A DNA stretch of 63,827 nt, filler included, from Octopus bimaculoides (taxonomy: Eukaryota), in NCBI RefSeq assembly GCF_001194135.2. It is 6 parts of 6 records of this genome, joined end to end, with 100 filler letters (N's around TTAATTAATTAA, not from the genome) between each part and the next. Parts side by side here need not be neighbours in the genome. Positions count along the whole stretch, not along the records: positions 1 to 14,375 come from NC_069001.1; positions 14,476 to 25,871 come from NC_068993.1; 4 more parts are not named here. One strand, written 5' to 3'. Positions 1 through 14,835 of this stretch are shown here, piece after piece; the first letter of the stretch is position 1, and every line of letters starts with the position of its first letter. Below the pieces are notes generated by a model. It was not told the DNA's origin. It searched no databases and saw only the letters and a list, made by a program, of their open reading frames with translations. The position numbers and the translations under genes were made by a program.

Positions 1-225
1 ATATATATATATGTATATATACCCATGCCGGCATAAAAAATTAGATGTTAAATGATGATGATATTGGTGCATTTGCAGCCACACATATAGGTATGCACAC
101 ACACACACATACAAACACACACACACACACAGACACACACACAAACACACTCTCTCTCATGTCTGTGTATACTCATACATACCCATGCCCTCAATTGTAA
201 ACCTCCTGATGACCTGTGAGACAGC

Positions 226-265
<40 letters not shown>

Positions 266-970
266 TTATGTAAGATAGTGCATTTCAGATGAGTTTGTAG
301 TAACTATGGGAAGCATGTTTATATTCATATTGTTGTTTGTTTGTTGGCCTAACTATCTCTCCAGAACAATAGCATCTCATTTTCTTTTAGTTTCCTTCTC
401 GTCTGAGCTCTAGGACTGTCGCCATGTTTCTTACAGACCTCAGTCGCTCTGCCTACCTTGCTTTTTACACTTTCTTAACATAACACTAATTACATTCTAT
501 AAATTATAACTGCCAAATTTTTTTAATGTAAGTGACAGAATAAGTACCAATTTGAGATGGGGAAACCCTGCCCTCACCCATACATGCACACGTGCATGCA
601 CCTGCGCACACACCACTGTTGGAGTTCTAGATCTACCTATCTGTTACTTACTGGGTTATTTACTGGTTACTCTGTATTCGGGGTGAGCTAACTTCTTGTA
701 TCATCGACCCCTTTGTGAAATCATTGAAAACTTAATGACCCCTATCATGTCAGTCGTGTCAATAGCATTAAGAAGTATGATTAGCAAAGAAAATATTTCT
801 TGACAACAGAGGCTGGTGTGTTTATGTCCCCATAATTTAGTGGTTTGGCAAAAGAGACCAATAAAGTACTAGACTTGCAAAGAATAAGTCCTGGGGTCAA
901 ATTCTTCAATTACAACCCTTTAAGGCAATGCTCCAGCATGGCCACAATCAAATGACTGAAACAAGTAATT

Positions 971-1043
<73 letters not shown>

Positions 1044-1062
1044 GTATATATGTATATATATG

Positions 1063-1143
<81 letters not shown>

Positions 1144-2679
1144 GTATATATGTATATATNNNNNNNNNNNNNNNNNNNNNNNNNNNNNNNNNNNNNNNNN
1201 NNNNNNNNNNNNNNNNNNNNNNNNNNNNNNNNNNNNNNNNNNNNNNNNNNNNNNNNNNNNNNNNNNNNNNNNNNNNNNNNNNNNNNNNNNNNNNNNNNNN
1301 NNNNNNNNNNNNNNNNNNNNNNNNNNNNNNNNNNNNNNNNNNNNNNNNNNNNNNNNNNNNNNNNNNNNNNNNNNNNNNNNNNNNNNNNNNNNNNNNNNNN
1401 NNNNNNNNNNNNNNNNNNNNNNNNNNNNNNNNNNNNNNNNNNNNNNNNNNNNNNNNNNNNNNNNNNNNNNNNNNNNNNNNNNNNNNNNNNNNNNNNNNNN
1501 NNNNNNNNNNNNNNTATATATATATATATATATATTTGCACACATATTGTAGTGTTGGTCTTAAAACACCCATATGTTTTGTAGTTGTGGCAGTAGCTAT
1601 TTGATGGTGACTGATAACGTTGTAGTAGTAGTAGTAGTAGTAGTAAATTATTAGCCAACTGCAGGACAGGCTCAGAAATAGGCCAAATCCAACAGCCATC
1701 AACACCCGCACCCTCTCACTGCTACCTTTTCACTATCATTGTTTTATTATAACTATAATAATATTATGTTTTATCTCGGCTATTATCAGCTCCTCCTACT
1801 CCACCACCGCCACCACCATGTTTACCCATTCAACTCTTCCTCTGCCTTGTCCCCCCCCCTCTTTTCTGATGTAATCTATGTCAGACCACAGTAGTAACAT
1901 CCGCTGACCCCTGACCCCTGTGCTCATGTTTTATGAGTGTCATGTATAGATATATAAATAGCTGGGAGGTAGGGGCTATCCTCCTCTATGTCTCTGTGTG
2001 TAACCCGGTATTGTTGTTGTTTAGCCACAGGTCTGTCTCACTTGGTGGCAGGCTTAGGATTCGAAGGAGTTCTTGTAGAGGCATAAAGGCGTCCCTCTAC
2101 CTTGTCAGTTCCTGTCAGAATGTCCAACCCATGCCCGAACCTTGTGGTTGCAATATGAACTTCTTGCTCATTATTGCATCTCATTCTGTAACGATAGTAT
2201 TATAGTGGGACAAGATCATGATGCCGCCACCACCACCACCACCACAGATACCATTAGGCATCAGCAAAAGTGTTTGCCTGGCTGAAGAAACCATGCCAAA
2301 GCAGAGATTGGAGCACAGTGCAGTTCTTGAACCCATTGGATCCTATCTAACCATCCAATCCACCTTAGCATGGAACAGCATAGACGATGATGATGATATA
2401 TTGAGTAACACATTGAAGAGTTCTCTTGATTGTTACGAAGCTCAAAACTGTCTATCTATCTCCCTCTCAAATATCTATCTATTATAAATGTATGCATGCT
2501 TAAATTTAGATGCTCATACCTACACACACACACACACACACACATGCATGTGTGCACACATGCATGCACGTGCACACATGCATGCACATGCACACATGTA
2601 TGTGTATGTATATATGAATGTGTGTATATATATAAACATATATATATGTATGTGTGTATATATATAAACGTATATATAT

Positions 2680-2714
<35 letters not shown>

Positions 2715-2736
2715 CACGTATATATGNNNNNNNNNN

Positions 2737-2794
<58 letters not shown>

Positions 2795-3160
2795 GCTATC
2801 AGTGAACTTTTGTATCTCAGCAAGAGAGAACTTTCATTCTAGCACTATATATCAGCCTATATCTTGGCATCCAATTTGTCTATTAATAGTTTTCATTAAT
2901 TAATTAATTAATTTGTAATCAAATAAGTGATGACTACAATGACAGCCCTCCTGTATGTGGGGGAAACCGGTGCAATTGGTAGATGTGTTTTTGCTATCCT
3001 CTGTAGCTCTGTGTTGCTTTCATGTTTGTTGTTCTAGATTTCAGGCCCTGCTGGAGTCCACCTCGTTTAGCCATCCGTTGTATTGGTGCAAAGAGGCAGG
3101 GCTCTTTATGTTTATTTGTATTACTGCTAGAGTTACCTTTAATCTTTTAGGGATTGGTTA

Positions 3161-3344
3161 CCGTATTTGAAAGCATATAAAACACATTTTTTTTTCTCCA
3201 AAAAAATATCTCAGCTAAAAATCCCCCCTGGGTCCTTTATGTGATGTTTGGCCTCCTACAAGCTTTCATGCACTAAAGACTTTTTCACCTGAATTTGGGG
3301 TGCATCTGAAATGGTCCAGGCATGTTTTATTGCATCAAATACAG
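3161..3344. mobile_element. pogo/Tigger-like MITE
   Basis: TA flanks; imperfect TIRs CCGTATTTGAAAGCA / TGCATCAAATACAG. Confidence 0.5.
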
Positions 3345-5157
3345 TATATATTACTGGGTACAGGCATAGCCATGTGGTAAGGTAGTTTGCTTCAGGATTC
3401 AATTCCACTGAATGGTACCTTTAGAAAATGTCTTCTAGCAGAGTGCCAGTAGCAATACTTTTATTGTCATCATCGTTATCATCATCATCATTATCTTCAT
3501 CACCATCTCCATTGTCAATTTAACATCCACTTTTCCATGGATGGAGTTTACTGAAGCAGATGTTTGCAGCTGGATACCATTCCTATGCGCACACTCACAC
3601 ATATGCATACACACACACACACACACGCATACATGCGCGCGCGCGCGCACGGAGTCTATATTTGTCTGCTGCCCCTGTGACTATGCTATTTAAAAAAGCA
3701 TGTTTCAATCCTTCTTCATTGGATGACAGGTGAAACCGAGCCCTGCCTGGAGGTTAAATTAAAAGCCATGTCAGAGCAAATGGAGAAGGGGAAAACCCAT
3801 TATAACTGATCTATATGTTATGTAAGGATTTGAGAGAGAGAGAGAGAGAGAGAAGTCTGGTGTGAAAGTTATCTTTTGGTCTGTGTATGTCTGTATATAT
3901 GTGTGTGTATGTGTGAGAGAGAGAGAGGATGATTGTAAGTTAAAACCATTATTGTTAAAGACAGATGATGATGATGATGATGCTGATGATTGGAAAGGAT
4001 ATGAAATGATATTTTATTTATATTTATTTATTCATCTCTAATTTTTTTGTTTTTTTTTCAAATTGGTTTCTAAAGGCCATGATGTGGTTAAGAAGCTTGG
4101 CTTTGCAGCCACGTGGCTCTGGGTTCTGTCCCACTGCCACCTTGAGCAAGTGTCTCTTCTATTCTAGCTCAGGGCCGACCAATGCCTTGTGAGTGAAATT
4201 GGGAAATGGAAACTGTGTGGAAGCCTATTGTGTATGTGTGTTTGTATGAATGTTTGTGCATATGTATGTCATTGTGTGTATGTGCAAGTCCCTCCTATGA
4301 ACCGACTGGTGTTGGTTTGTTTATGTCCCCGTAACTCGGCAGTTTAGCAAAGGAGAACCAATACAGTATGTCCCAGACTTAAAGTCTTGTGCTCAATGTG
4401 TTTGATTCAATGCAGTTAGATTTAGTATTGATATCAATGACATAGTTTTATCATAAAAAGTTGTGATATTTCAGGGTGGGTCAGATCTTATCTGTTTTCC
4501 GTTGTTTTTTTAATTTAATTTTATTTTATTTAAATTCACTTTTCTAGTAAGTGAGGCAGTAGTGTACATAGCGGTTGCTGTGCCAATGACCTTTACAGGC
4601 TTTATCCCTATCAGACTGGTTAAGATCGACCGACAGATACAGATATGGTCAATGCCCTGCCAGAACGTTTACCAGTCAACGTCCAGAGGAGGAGCAAAAA
4701 AATGACAAACAAAAGAAAACAGAATGAAAGGTGTGCGGCAAATCAGGGTGAGGATGGGGTGTGGTGGGACAGGGTGTTGAAGGTACTTCCAAGTGTCAGC
4801 TTCTTGGTTGAAATTTCTGAAGGACTAAGATGGACTATTTTAAAATGAAAGGACCAGGTATAGAAGCTGTCTGTTTATTTCACTTACTTTTATTGTTATT
4901 TCTTTGTTTGTTTGTTTTGTATTGTTTTATAATGCATTTAGTAAACAATAGTGTTGTTGTCTGTAGGATTTGCTGGGGTGCAGCTGGGACTCAAGGTGGC
5001 AACCAGGGGTTAACCACTGCATTTCTGATGGAACAACAGTGACAAGGGAATGAATGCCATGCACAAGAGAAGCTCTAACTTGTTGGATCAAATACTGCAC
5101 AGGGTAGTTTCCATTCAAAAGCACTTGTCTTCTGTTTCCTCACTGATTTATATATAT

Positions 5158-5206
<49 letters not shown>

Positions 5207-5434
5207 AATATTTTGGACTAATGGGTATACATCAATTAGCGTGCTGATGTGTTGAGTAAAGCACTAGCATGGTTCAGGCTCCCTGGTGGCATCCACCTAA
5301 CATTCAAAGATCATGCTTCACCACCTTGTCCCATGTCTTCCTGAGTCTGTATATAGCAGTTCTGCTACTGTTGAAGTTTCCTGTTTTTTTTACTATAGTA
5401 TTCAAGAGTGCCATTTGATTTTGTCCCCAAAACT

Positions 5435-5643
5435 ACACCGATCCCAGGTACAGTTGCCTCTCTCAGGTGCCACATTTTTGAGATCTCTGTTTCAATGTCC
5501 TTCTATTTACTTAACTTTTCAAACGTTTTCTCAGAGGTTTTGTGGTCTGCTGAGATTAACATATCTATGAGCAAACATGTTTAGTCAGTGCGATTTTTCA
5601 CTACAATATCCGGTCGGTTATCCTGAATGGCTTGATCTGTTTG
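5435..5643 (-). mobile_element. R4/Dong-like RLE-domain fragment
   Basis: QTDQAIQDNRPDIVVKNRTD*TCLLIDMLISADHKTSEKTFEKLSK*KDIETEISKMWHL (PD..D-type nuclease motif). Confidence 0.75.
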
Positions 5644-8196
5644 ATGATGATGATTATTATTATTATTATTGTGTTTGTTTTTTTTTTCCTATGAGTTTCG
5701 ACAACAATAGAAATAGACAAACGTTTCTCAATCTTATCTCTTGTAATTTCATACTTGAAAGGAATCTTTGGTTGCTTCCTCAGCCAATTCACACGAGATT
5801 TTCACCATTTTATCGTTCATTTTTTTCTTTTTGTTTTTTTCCTTCTTCGCTTGAAGCAAACAAATAGTGCCAAGGATTATCACACACACACACGCACATA
5901 TTCTGCTCTGCTTGCACACACACATATATACATGCATACATGTGTGGAACACGTACCTCTCCATTGATTCTTCTTACTATACTACATCTAATACATATAT
6001 AGGAGGCACTAACAAATACTTGTGGCACATCTTGTGACCACCACCACCCAAACATTATTGTGCCTCTGTGATTCTTCTCCTTGTTACCAATATTTTTAAC
6101 TCCTCAAGCTCACCAATTTACGAAACAGTTGTCGTAATCAGTGATGTCTCTCTCTTTGTTTGTTTTTGTTTTTTTTATCTTTTGCTTGTCTCAGTCTTTG
6201 GACTGTGGCCATGCTAGGGCACTGCCTTCAAGTGTTTAGTCAAACAAATCATCCCCAATATTTGGTTTTATTTCTTTTAGTCGCAAACTTATTCTATCAG
6301 TTTCTTTTGCCGAAGCAGCAAAATTATTGGGATATAAGTCAACCAACACCGGTTATCAGGTAGTGGAGTGGGGCAAACACAAACGTAAACAGACAGACAG
6401 ACACATGCACATTTTATAGGCTTCCGCATAGTTTCCATTTACCATATTCATTTACAGGGCTTTGGTCAACCTGGGACTGTAATAGAAAACAATTACTCAT
6501 CTCGTGGTGCTGTACAGTGGGATGGAACCTGAAACCACATAGTTGAGAAGCAAACTTTTTAACTACCTGGCTATGCTGTATATTTCAATAGTAAGGGTTA
6601 AAGTGATCGAAAACCTTCCTTCAAAATTTCGTGTTATGTCCTAAAACATACGCTTAACAACAACAAAGTCATTTTAATAAATTCCTCATTATTTTCCAAA
6701 TTAATTTAAACAAAGGCAGAGTATCTCATCAGACAATTCAAGATAATGTGAATAGATAATCTTTTACATTTGACGGAGTAATCTAATTGTTAAAGGGTTA
6801 ACGTGACTACGTTTCCCTATTTACCTTCTTACTCTATTTACAGCTAACTGAAGTGTAGGGGTCAGAACTTTAGTCTTGTCACTGTCTGAGACATATAAAC
6901 ACACACGCAAACACATACACATGCAGGTAAAAACACACACGAACACACAAACATCAAAAACTCACATGTAAAAAAAAAAGATACACACACACACAAGCTT
7001 ATACAAAGCCATAGAGACAGACACGCAATAACATACACACGCACACATTCAAAAGTACACATGTAACAACACACACAGGCATACACATGCACACACACAC
7101 ACACACACACATAAACCCCCAAATCTTCCCCAATTTCTTCTGTTGGATTATGAATGAACTCAACTCCACATACATCATGGAAGCAGTTCTAACGAATATA
7201 TTTTTCATTGTAGAAACCGAATCACAACCTCCCTCTGTCTCTCATCTGTTTAATACTCCATATCTTGTGTTATGATTCTCAGCACCACACCCATAAGAAC
7301 AAGTAGAACAAGAACAACAACAGTAGAAATTTGACATTATTGTTATGTGTGTGTGTATAGGCACACACACTTATATTATATATACGTACATATATGTATA
7401 TGCATACACACACATACAAGTATATATATGTGTATATACATACNNNNNNNNNNNNNNNNNNNNNNNNNNNNNNNNNNNNNNNNNNNNNNNNNNNNNNNNN
7501 NNNNNNNNNNNNNNNNNNNNNNNNNNNNNNNNNNNNNNNNNNNNNNNNNNNNNNNNNNNNNNNNNNNNNNNNNNNNNNNNNNNNNNNNNNNNNNNNNNNN
7601 NNNNNNNNNNNNNNNNNNNNNNNNNNNNNNNNNNNNNNNNNNNNNNNNNNNNNNNNNNNNNNNNNNNNNNNNNNNNNNNNNNNNNNNNNNNNNNNNNNNN
7701 NNNNNNNNNNNNNNNNNNNNNNNNNNNNNNNNNNNNNNNNNNNNNNNNNNNNNNNNNNNNNNNNNNNNNNNNNNNNNNNNNNNNNNNNNNNNNNNNNNNN
7801 NNNNNNNNNNNNNNNNNNNNNNNNNNNNNNNNNNNNNNNNNNNNNNNNNNNNNNNNNNNNNNNNNNNNNNNNNNNNNNNNNNNNNNNNNNNNNNNNNNNN
7901 NNNNNNNNNNNNNNNNNNNNNNNNNNNNNNNNNNNNNNNNNNNNNNNNNNNNNNNNNNNNNNNNNNNNNNNNNNNNNNNNNNNNNNNNNNNNNNNNNNNN
8001 NNNNNNNNNNNNNNNNNNNNNNNNNNNNNNNNNNNNNNNNNNNNNNNNNNNNNNNNNNNNNNNNNNNNNNNNNNNNNNNNNNNNNNNNNNNNNNNNNNNN
8101 NNNNNNNNNNNNNNNNNNNNNNNNNNNNNNNNNNNNNNNNNNNNNNNNNNNNNNNNNNNNNNNNNNNNNNNNNNNNNNNNNNNNNNNNNNNNNNNN

Positions 8197-8230
<34 letters not shown>

Positions 8231-8649
8231 CATATATGTGTATATGCTTGTGCCAGTATATGTATATATGTGTGTGTATATATGTGTATAGATATATATG
8301 TCTATGCATATCTGTCTGTCTGTCTGTCTCTCTTTGATCCTCTCTTTCTCCCATCTACCAGTCTATCTATCGTTGGTTATGCAATGTTGAACTCCTTGTT
8401 AGTCTTGATTGAACAAGCCTGTGATCAAAGAAATTCCTAGTAGTGACCAGCATTGCCTTTTGTCTATCTTGGACTACATTGTCAAAAGTGACCTTCCCTT
8501 TTTTTCTATTTTTTTCTTCACTTGTTGGTTTCCAGTGGTAGGCCATGTGATTTGATACAGATTTCAGCTGTCAATTCTAGCAGCTCAAGCGACTTACATA
8601 AAATAGCCTGTGTCTGGCTTTATGTAATGAATATGTTTGGTGTTATGTA

Positions 8650-8686
<37 letters not shown>

Positions 8687-8699
8687 GAAATTATCCTGT

Positions 8700-8900
8700 T
8701 CTGTTTATCTGTTTGGGGGATTTTCCCAGACCAGTGCAGCTTTTCCATGCTAGATATCCCTATCTTCCATAACAGTCCTCAACTGATATCCAGTGACTTC
8801 TGCAAGTTGATCCAGTTCTGCTCTTCCCTGTCTGCCAATTCCTGTATGTCCATGTGTGGATTTCCAGAAAAGGAGACCCATAGATATTTCATCCAGGTCC
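8700..8900 (-). mobile_element. RTE-like LINE 3' terminus
   Basis: LLFWKSTHGHTGIGR...DQLAEVTGYQL..TVMEDRDI* resembles the RTE C-terminal LLW.P.HG...GRP...DQL..DTG...MEDR..W motif; followed by (CA)n. Confidence 0.65.
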
Positions 8901-11430
8901 AAAATTTTTTTACAAACAAAGTTGATGTTTTCAATCTTAACATCACAACAGACAAAAATTTGTACATCAATGAAACCAGATAAATCCAAAATTGGAAAAA
9001 TCCTGTTTCAAATCAGTCCAAAAACATTTTCTGGGCTTATTTGTTTTGGTGATGAAGTTCTCCAGGGGGGATGTTCAAAGCGTTTGCTTTGTACCCCTTC
9101 TTACAAAAAAAAAAAAAAAAAAAAATTTAGGTGGTACGTTGATACCCCTTGTACCCCTGTTCCCAAGGCTGTGGCCATGCCTGTTACTATACAACCAAGG
9201 CAGAGAAATCCCAACCCATATAGTAGCTTATTAACTTAACTCAAAAGGTTAGGCTTTGCTCTGTCGTTCATCTTCATATTTCTCTCTGTTCTGCGAGGAA
9301 AGAAAATCTTAAGAGTAACAGCTGTCTGTGTGTAGAGAGCTACATTAGTTGTCAGCTCAGTCACTATGAACCACTGGAGTGAGTAGAGCGGAGCTAGTTA
9401 CTAAGCACTTAACCAACTGTCTAGCCCTTTCACCCCCCACCTCTCAACACCACAAACCATGTCTTGTCTTATTCCATAAAACATTTTATCGTTTTTTTTA
9501 AAATTCTTTTTACCGTTATTTTTTTTGTCTTGGAAAAAAACCAAAAAGAACTCAACCAAAAACAAGCCCATTTTAGCTGGGTTGACTGAAAAGCATCGAA
9601 AGTGTCTGTCTATAGTGGTGGTGGTGGTGGTGGTGGTGGTGGTGGTGGTGATACTAATAATAATAATTACTTGGGAATAACACAATGTGTCGTCTTGTAG
9701 GATTGAACCTAGTGACCTACAATTGAAAGTGATTCCGACTTCTTAATCGCACTCAATCAGTGGAGCTCACCTAAATGGTAGGTTTGGATTTAAGAGTGAC
9801 AGAGAGAAAGTGAGGAAGAAACTATATATATATATATATACATACATACATATATATATANNNNNNNNNNNNNNNNNNNNNNNNNNNNNNNNNNNNNNNN
9901 NNNNNNNNNNNNNNNNNNNNNNNNNNNNNNNNNNNNNNNNNNNNNNNNNNNNNNNNNNNNNNNNNNNNNNNNNNNNNNNNNNNNNNNNNNNNNNNNNNNN
10001 NNNNNNNNNNNNNNNNNNNNNNNNNNNNNNNNNNNNNNNNNNNNNNNNNNNNNNNNNNNNNNNNNNNNNNNNNNNNNNNNNNNNNNNNNNNNNNNNNNNN
10101 NNNNNNNNNNNNNNNNNNNNNNNNNNNNNNNNNNNNNNNNNNNNNNNNNNNNNNNNNNNNNNNNNNNNNNNNNNNNNNNNNNNNNNNNNNNNNNNNNNNN
10201 NNNNNNNNNNNNNNNNNNNNNNNNNNNNNNNNNNNNNNNNNNNNNNNNNNNNNNNNNNNNNNNNNNNNNNNNNNNNNNNNNNNNNNNNNNNNNNNNNNNN
10301 NNNNNNNNNNNNNNNNNNNNNNNNNNNNNNNNNNNNNNNNNNNNNNNNNNNNNNNNNNNNNNNNNNNNNNNNNNNNNNNNNNNNNNNNNNNNNNNNNNNN
10401 NNNNNNNNNNNNNNNNNNNNNNNNNNNNNNNNNNNNNNNNNNNNNNNNNNNNNNNNNNNNNNNNNNNNNNNNNNNNNNNNNNNNNNNNNNNNNNNNNNNN
10501 NNNNNNNNNNNNNNNNNNNNNNNNNNNNNNNNNNNNNNNNNNNNNNNNNNNNNNNNNNNNNNNNNNNNNNNNNNNNNNNNNNNNNNNNNNNNNNNNNNNN
10601 NNNNNNNNNNNNNNNNNNNNNNNNNNNNNNNNNNNNNNNNNNNNNNNNNNNNNACTCCCCCCCCCGGACCAGTGTTTAATGACCTTGGGCTCATAATCAT
10701 AAAACAAGGAGTTTGACCCCAAAGATTGGGTGGAGCACGGTCCTTGAGCAAGGCCCTTCATTTCACATCGCTCCAGTTGACTCAGCTGGTACTCAGAGTA
10801 GTGACACAGTCCCCCTATCCCCCTACCCCCACCTCAACTCCAGTTTTCACATCCGGATGGTGGGGAGGGGGGCAGCTGACAGGTTGTCTACATCATCTTC
10901 CCACAAAGTACACAGGCACTTACGACAGTCACAGAAATATGTTAGAATGGTGCTGTGAAGACGTACTTGCTTGTGAGTGATGACTGTTTGTTGTTGAAGC
11001 TGGTCATGTTGCTTAGACCATTGGTAAAAAATATGTTTTGCACCATTGGATGTGGGTCTTTATGTCCTGAGCTCAAATCCTGCTGAGGTTATCGTGGCAT
11101 TTTACCCTTTTTGGTTCGGTAAAAAAAAAATGTAGCTGTCAAGGACTAGGATTGATGGTATGGTTCCATTTCCCTTAAAAAAATTCTTGCTCTTCAGCCT
11201 TGATCAGAAACCATTATTATTAAGGCAAGAATCTTCAGCAGAATCTTTAGCAAACCAGACAAAACCCTTAGTGGCGTTTCTTCCAGCTCTTTACATTCTG
11301 AGTTCAAATTTCACTGAGGTTCACTTCCATCTTTTTGGGGTCAATGACATAAGTACCAGTTGAGTACTAGGGTCGATACCTGCCCCCCAAACTCACAAAA
11401 ACTTCAGGCCTTGTGTTTATACTAGAAAGG

Positions 11431-11472
<42 letters not shown>

Positions 11473-12133
11473 TGTGTGCAGATTACATTAAAATGAAAAC
11501 TCCTAATGAAACAACTGTAGCAATACTGAGTATATAAGTGCATGTATGTATACGCGTTCACACACACACACACACACACATATATATTCATGCATGCGCA
11601 TACATATATTACACTCACACACACATTTTCTCCACAGTAACAAGTTCCTCAGATTTGGTTTGTTAGGCATTTATCGATCTGCAGCCATGGGTAGAAGACA
11701 CCAACACTTACCCCCAGCTGCACACTCCACCCCACCCGCCAGTGGGACTGAACTCAGATTCCCACAGTTGTAAAGCAGAACCTCCTAACCACACACACAC
11801 ACACACACACCCAAGTAACATTATAACTTTTATCTCCACATCCAATAATGTTACTTCAGCATTTACTGCTCTTCTCCTAACATGAGCGACTTATATAAAT
11901 CTAACCTTATTATTATCTGGTTTCCCCCCTCCCCCCATTCTAATCTCCAAAATGTTGTAGTGTTGTTGTTGTTTTTGTTATGGGTTATTTTCCCCTCCCA
12001 CCTTTGTTTGTTCAACTGTTTGTTTTCGATTTAGTATTGTTATTGGTTTTTTTTATAAACTATACTTCATACCTACAAATATTTCTTTTATCTCGTAATA
12101 TTTGATTGTAATCTCGTTCAAATTTGACTTGGT

Positions 12134-12179
<46 letters not shown>

Positions 12180-14375
12180 TGTTTGTGTATGTGTGGGTAA
12201 AAGAGAGAGGGAGCATGTGTGTTTAATCTATTTTAAGATTCCTCCTATTTTTAACTTGTTAAAGGGTTAATACAAATGTTTACTCCGGATCTAAGTTTTA
12301 CTTATCAAAAACAATGATAATAACCCTTCTTTCTATTAAAGGCACTAGGCCTGAAATTTGGAGGAGGAGGAGGGCAAGTTGATTCCATCGACCCTCACTG
12401 TTTCACAGGTACTTAATTTATTGACCCCGAAAGGATGAAAGGCAAAGTCAACCTCGGANNNNNNNNNNNNNNNNNNNNNNNNNNNNNNNNNNNNNNNNNN
12501 NNNNNNNNNNNNNNNNNNNNNNNNNNNNNNNNNNNNNNNNNNNNNNNNNNNNNNNNNNNNNNNNNNNNNNNNNNNNNNNNNNNNNNNNNNNNNNNNNNNN
12601 NNNNNNNNNNNNNNNNNNNNNNNNNNNNNNNNNNNNNNNNNNNNNNNNNNNNNNNNNNNNNNNNNNNNNNNNNNNNNNNNNNNNNNNNNNNNNNNNNNNN
12701 NNNNNNNNNNNNNNNNNNNNNNNNNNNNNNNNNNNNNNNNNNNNNNNNNNNNNNNNNNNNNNNNNNNNNNNNNNNNNNNNNNNNNNNNNNNNNNNNNNNN
12801 NNNNNNNNNNNNNNNNNNNNNNNNNNNNNNNNNNNNNNNNNNNNNNCCAATCACCTACATATAATATAATATAATATAAAATACGCTCTACAACCACTTC
12901 AAGTGGAGGTCATATTGTTTCTCAAGTGCCCCTGATTCTGAAATGCCAAAACAAAAGAAAGGAAAAGAACTGAGATCAAATATGATTATTTGATGCCATA
13001 TAAAAGGTATTATTTATTTATTTGTAGCAGATGTGGGAATTGTGAATCTGAGGGGCAGCAGACAAGAATGTCATAAACGAGGCTTCCAAAAAACAAAAAA
13101 CCAAAAAAAACCAAAAAAAACCCCAACTTAATGAAGTCCCCCCCCTCTCTCTCTCACCATTTCTCCCTTTTTACTCGCTTCTCTTATTATCTTTTAATCT
13201 TCCACGTATATTTATATGCATTACTGAGCTTAAACCTCGCTAAGGTTTACATTGCCTTTTCAGATATTAGGGGTCGAATCAGTCAATCAATCAGGCATTA
13301 TGAGTCAATTTCGTCAATCAGCCCCCTGCTATCAATTCTGTAACCTTTGTGCCAAAGTTAGAAATACTTTGTATGTATTGCTGTGCGATTAAGAAGCTTG
13401 CTTTGCAGTCACCTGATTTTGGGTTCAATCCCACTATATGGCACCTTGTGCAAGTATTTTCTACTATAGCCCTAGGCCAACCGATACCTTGTGAGTGTGG
13501 ATTTGATTGGCCATTGTGTGTGCATGCCTTTATGTGTCCCCCCCCCCCCACCAATTTAATGATGTTCATTTATTTCAATCCCCTATAACTTAGTGGTTCA
13601 GCCAGAGTTACTGACAGAGTAAGCACCAGACTTAAAACTAATTTCTGGGGTTCACTCATTCAACTAAAATCCTTCAAGGTTCTGCCCCAGCATGACCACA
13701 GTCCAATAACTGAAACAAGTAAAAGAGGGAAGATAGTGTGTGTATATATCTACATATAATGGTGTATATGTATATATAAAACACCACTATTGTACCATTC
13801 TAAACACATTACATCATGTCACTGTACTATTTGCACTCTTATATATACATTTATGCAGTATGACATTTCTGTTATATATACATTGAAGTACACTGTGTGA
13901 CTTTGCTGTTGTATATACATTATACATTATATACACAGGCCTTGTGCTGTTAGATGGCTATTATACACAGTGTCACTATATTATAAACACATGAGGTGGC
14001 GAGCTGGTAGAATTGTTAGCAGTGTTTCATCTGCCGTTACATTCTGAGTTCAAATTTCACCGTGGGCGATTTTGCCTTTCATCCTTTCGGGGTCGATTAA
14101 ATAAGTACCAGTTATGCACTGGGGTTGATGTAATCGACTTCATCTCTTTGTCTGTCCTTGTTTGTCCTCTTTATGTTTAGCCCCCCCCCCCCGCGTGGGG
14201 GGTTGGTGGTATCAACCTTCCTCTCAAAACCTCTGGCCTTGTCCCTAAATCAGATACAATTATTATTATTATTATTATTACTATTTGCTCTTTATGAGTT
14301 TTCCTTGCCAAAACATTTAATATTAATCACAATATCTGAAGACTTCCAACCAATTTTCCACAAGTGAAGCATCAT

Positions 14376-14475
14376 NNNNNNNNNNNNNNNNNNNNNNNNN
14401 NNNNNNNNNNNNNNNNNNNTTAATTAATTAANNNNNNNNNNNNNNNNNNNNNNNNNNNNNNNNNNNNNNNNNNNN
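14376..14475. other. Assembly gap of unknown size with artificial six-frame-stop linker (44 N + TTAATTAATTAA + 44 N)
   Basis: The identical 100-bp pattern recurs at 25872-25971, 40361-40460, 54358-54457 and 61779-61878. Confidence 0.95.
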
Positions 14476-14533
<58 letters not shown>

Positions 14534-14757
14534 GTATGTATATATATATATGTATGTATATACGTATATATATGCTCATACATACAGACACATGTATTTA
14601 TATATGCATATATATGTACATATTCATGTATATTAGTATGTATGTTATGTGTATACGTGTGTGTGTGTGTGTGNNNNNNNNNNGCTGCCAATTAGGTACC
14701 CGTCTAATAGACGTATTCGTATATGTGTGTGTGCGTGTGTCTGTTTGTTTCTGTGTG

Positions 14758-14835
<78 letters not shown>

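Noticed and set aside
196-225. Other CTGANGA occurrences (197, 6731 on -, 15398 on -, 26924)
   Set aside because: No stem II followed by GAAA and no stem I complement, so they are not hammerheads.
14420-14431. TTAATTAATTAA motif recurring five times (also 25916, 40405, 54402, 61823)
   Set aside because: It is always centred in 44 N + 44 N and has stops in all six frames: an assembler gap linker, not biology.
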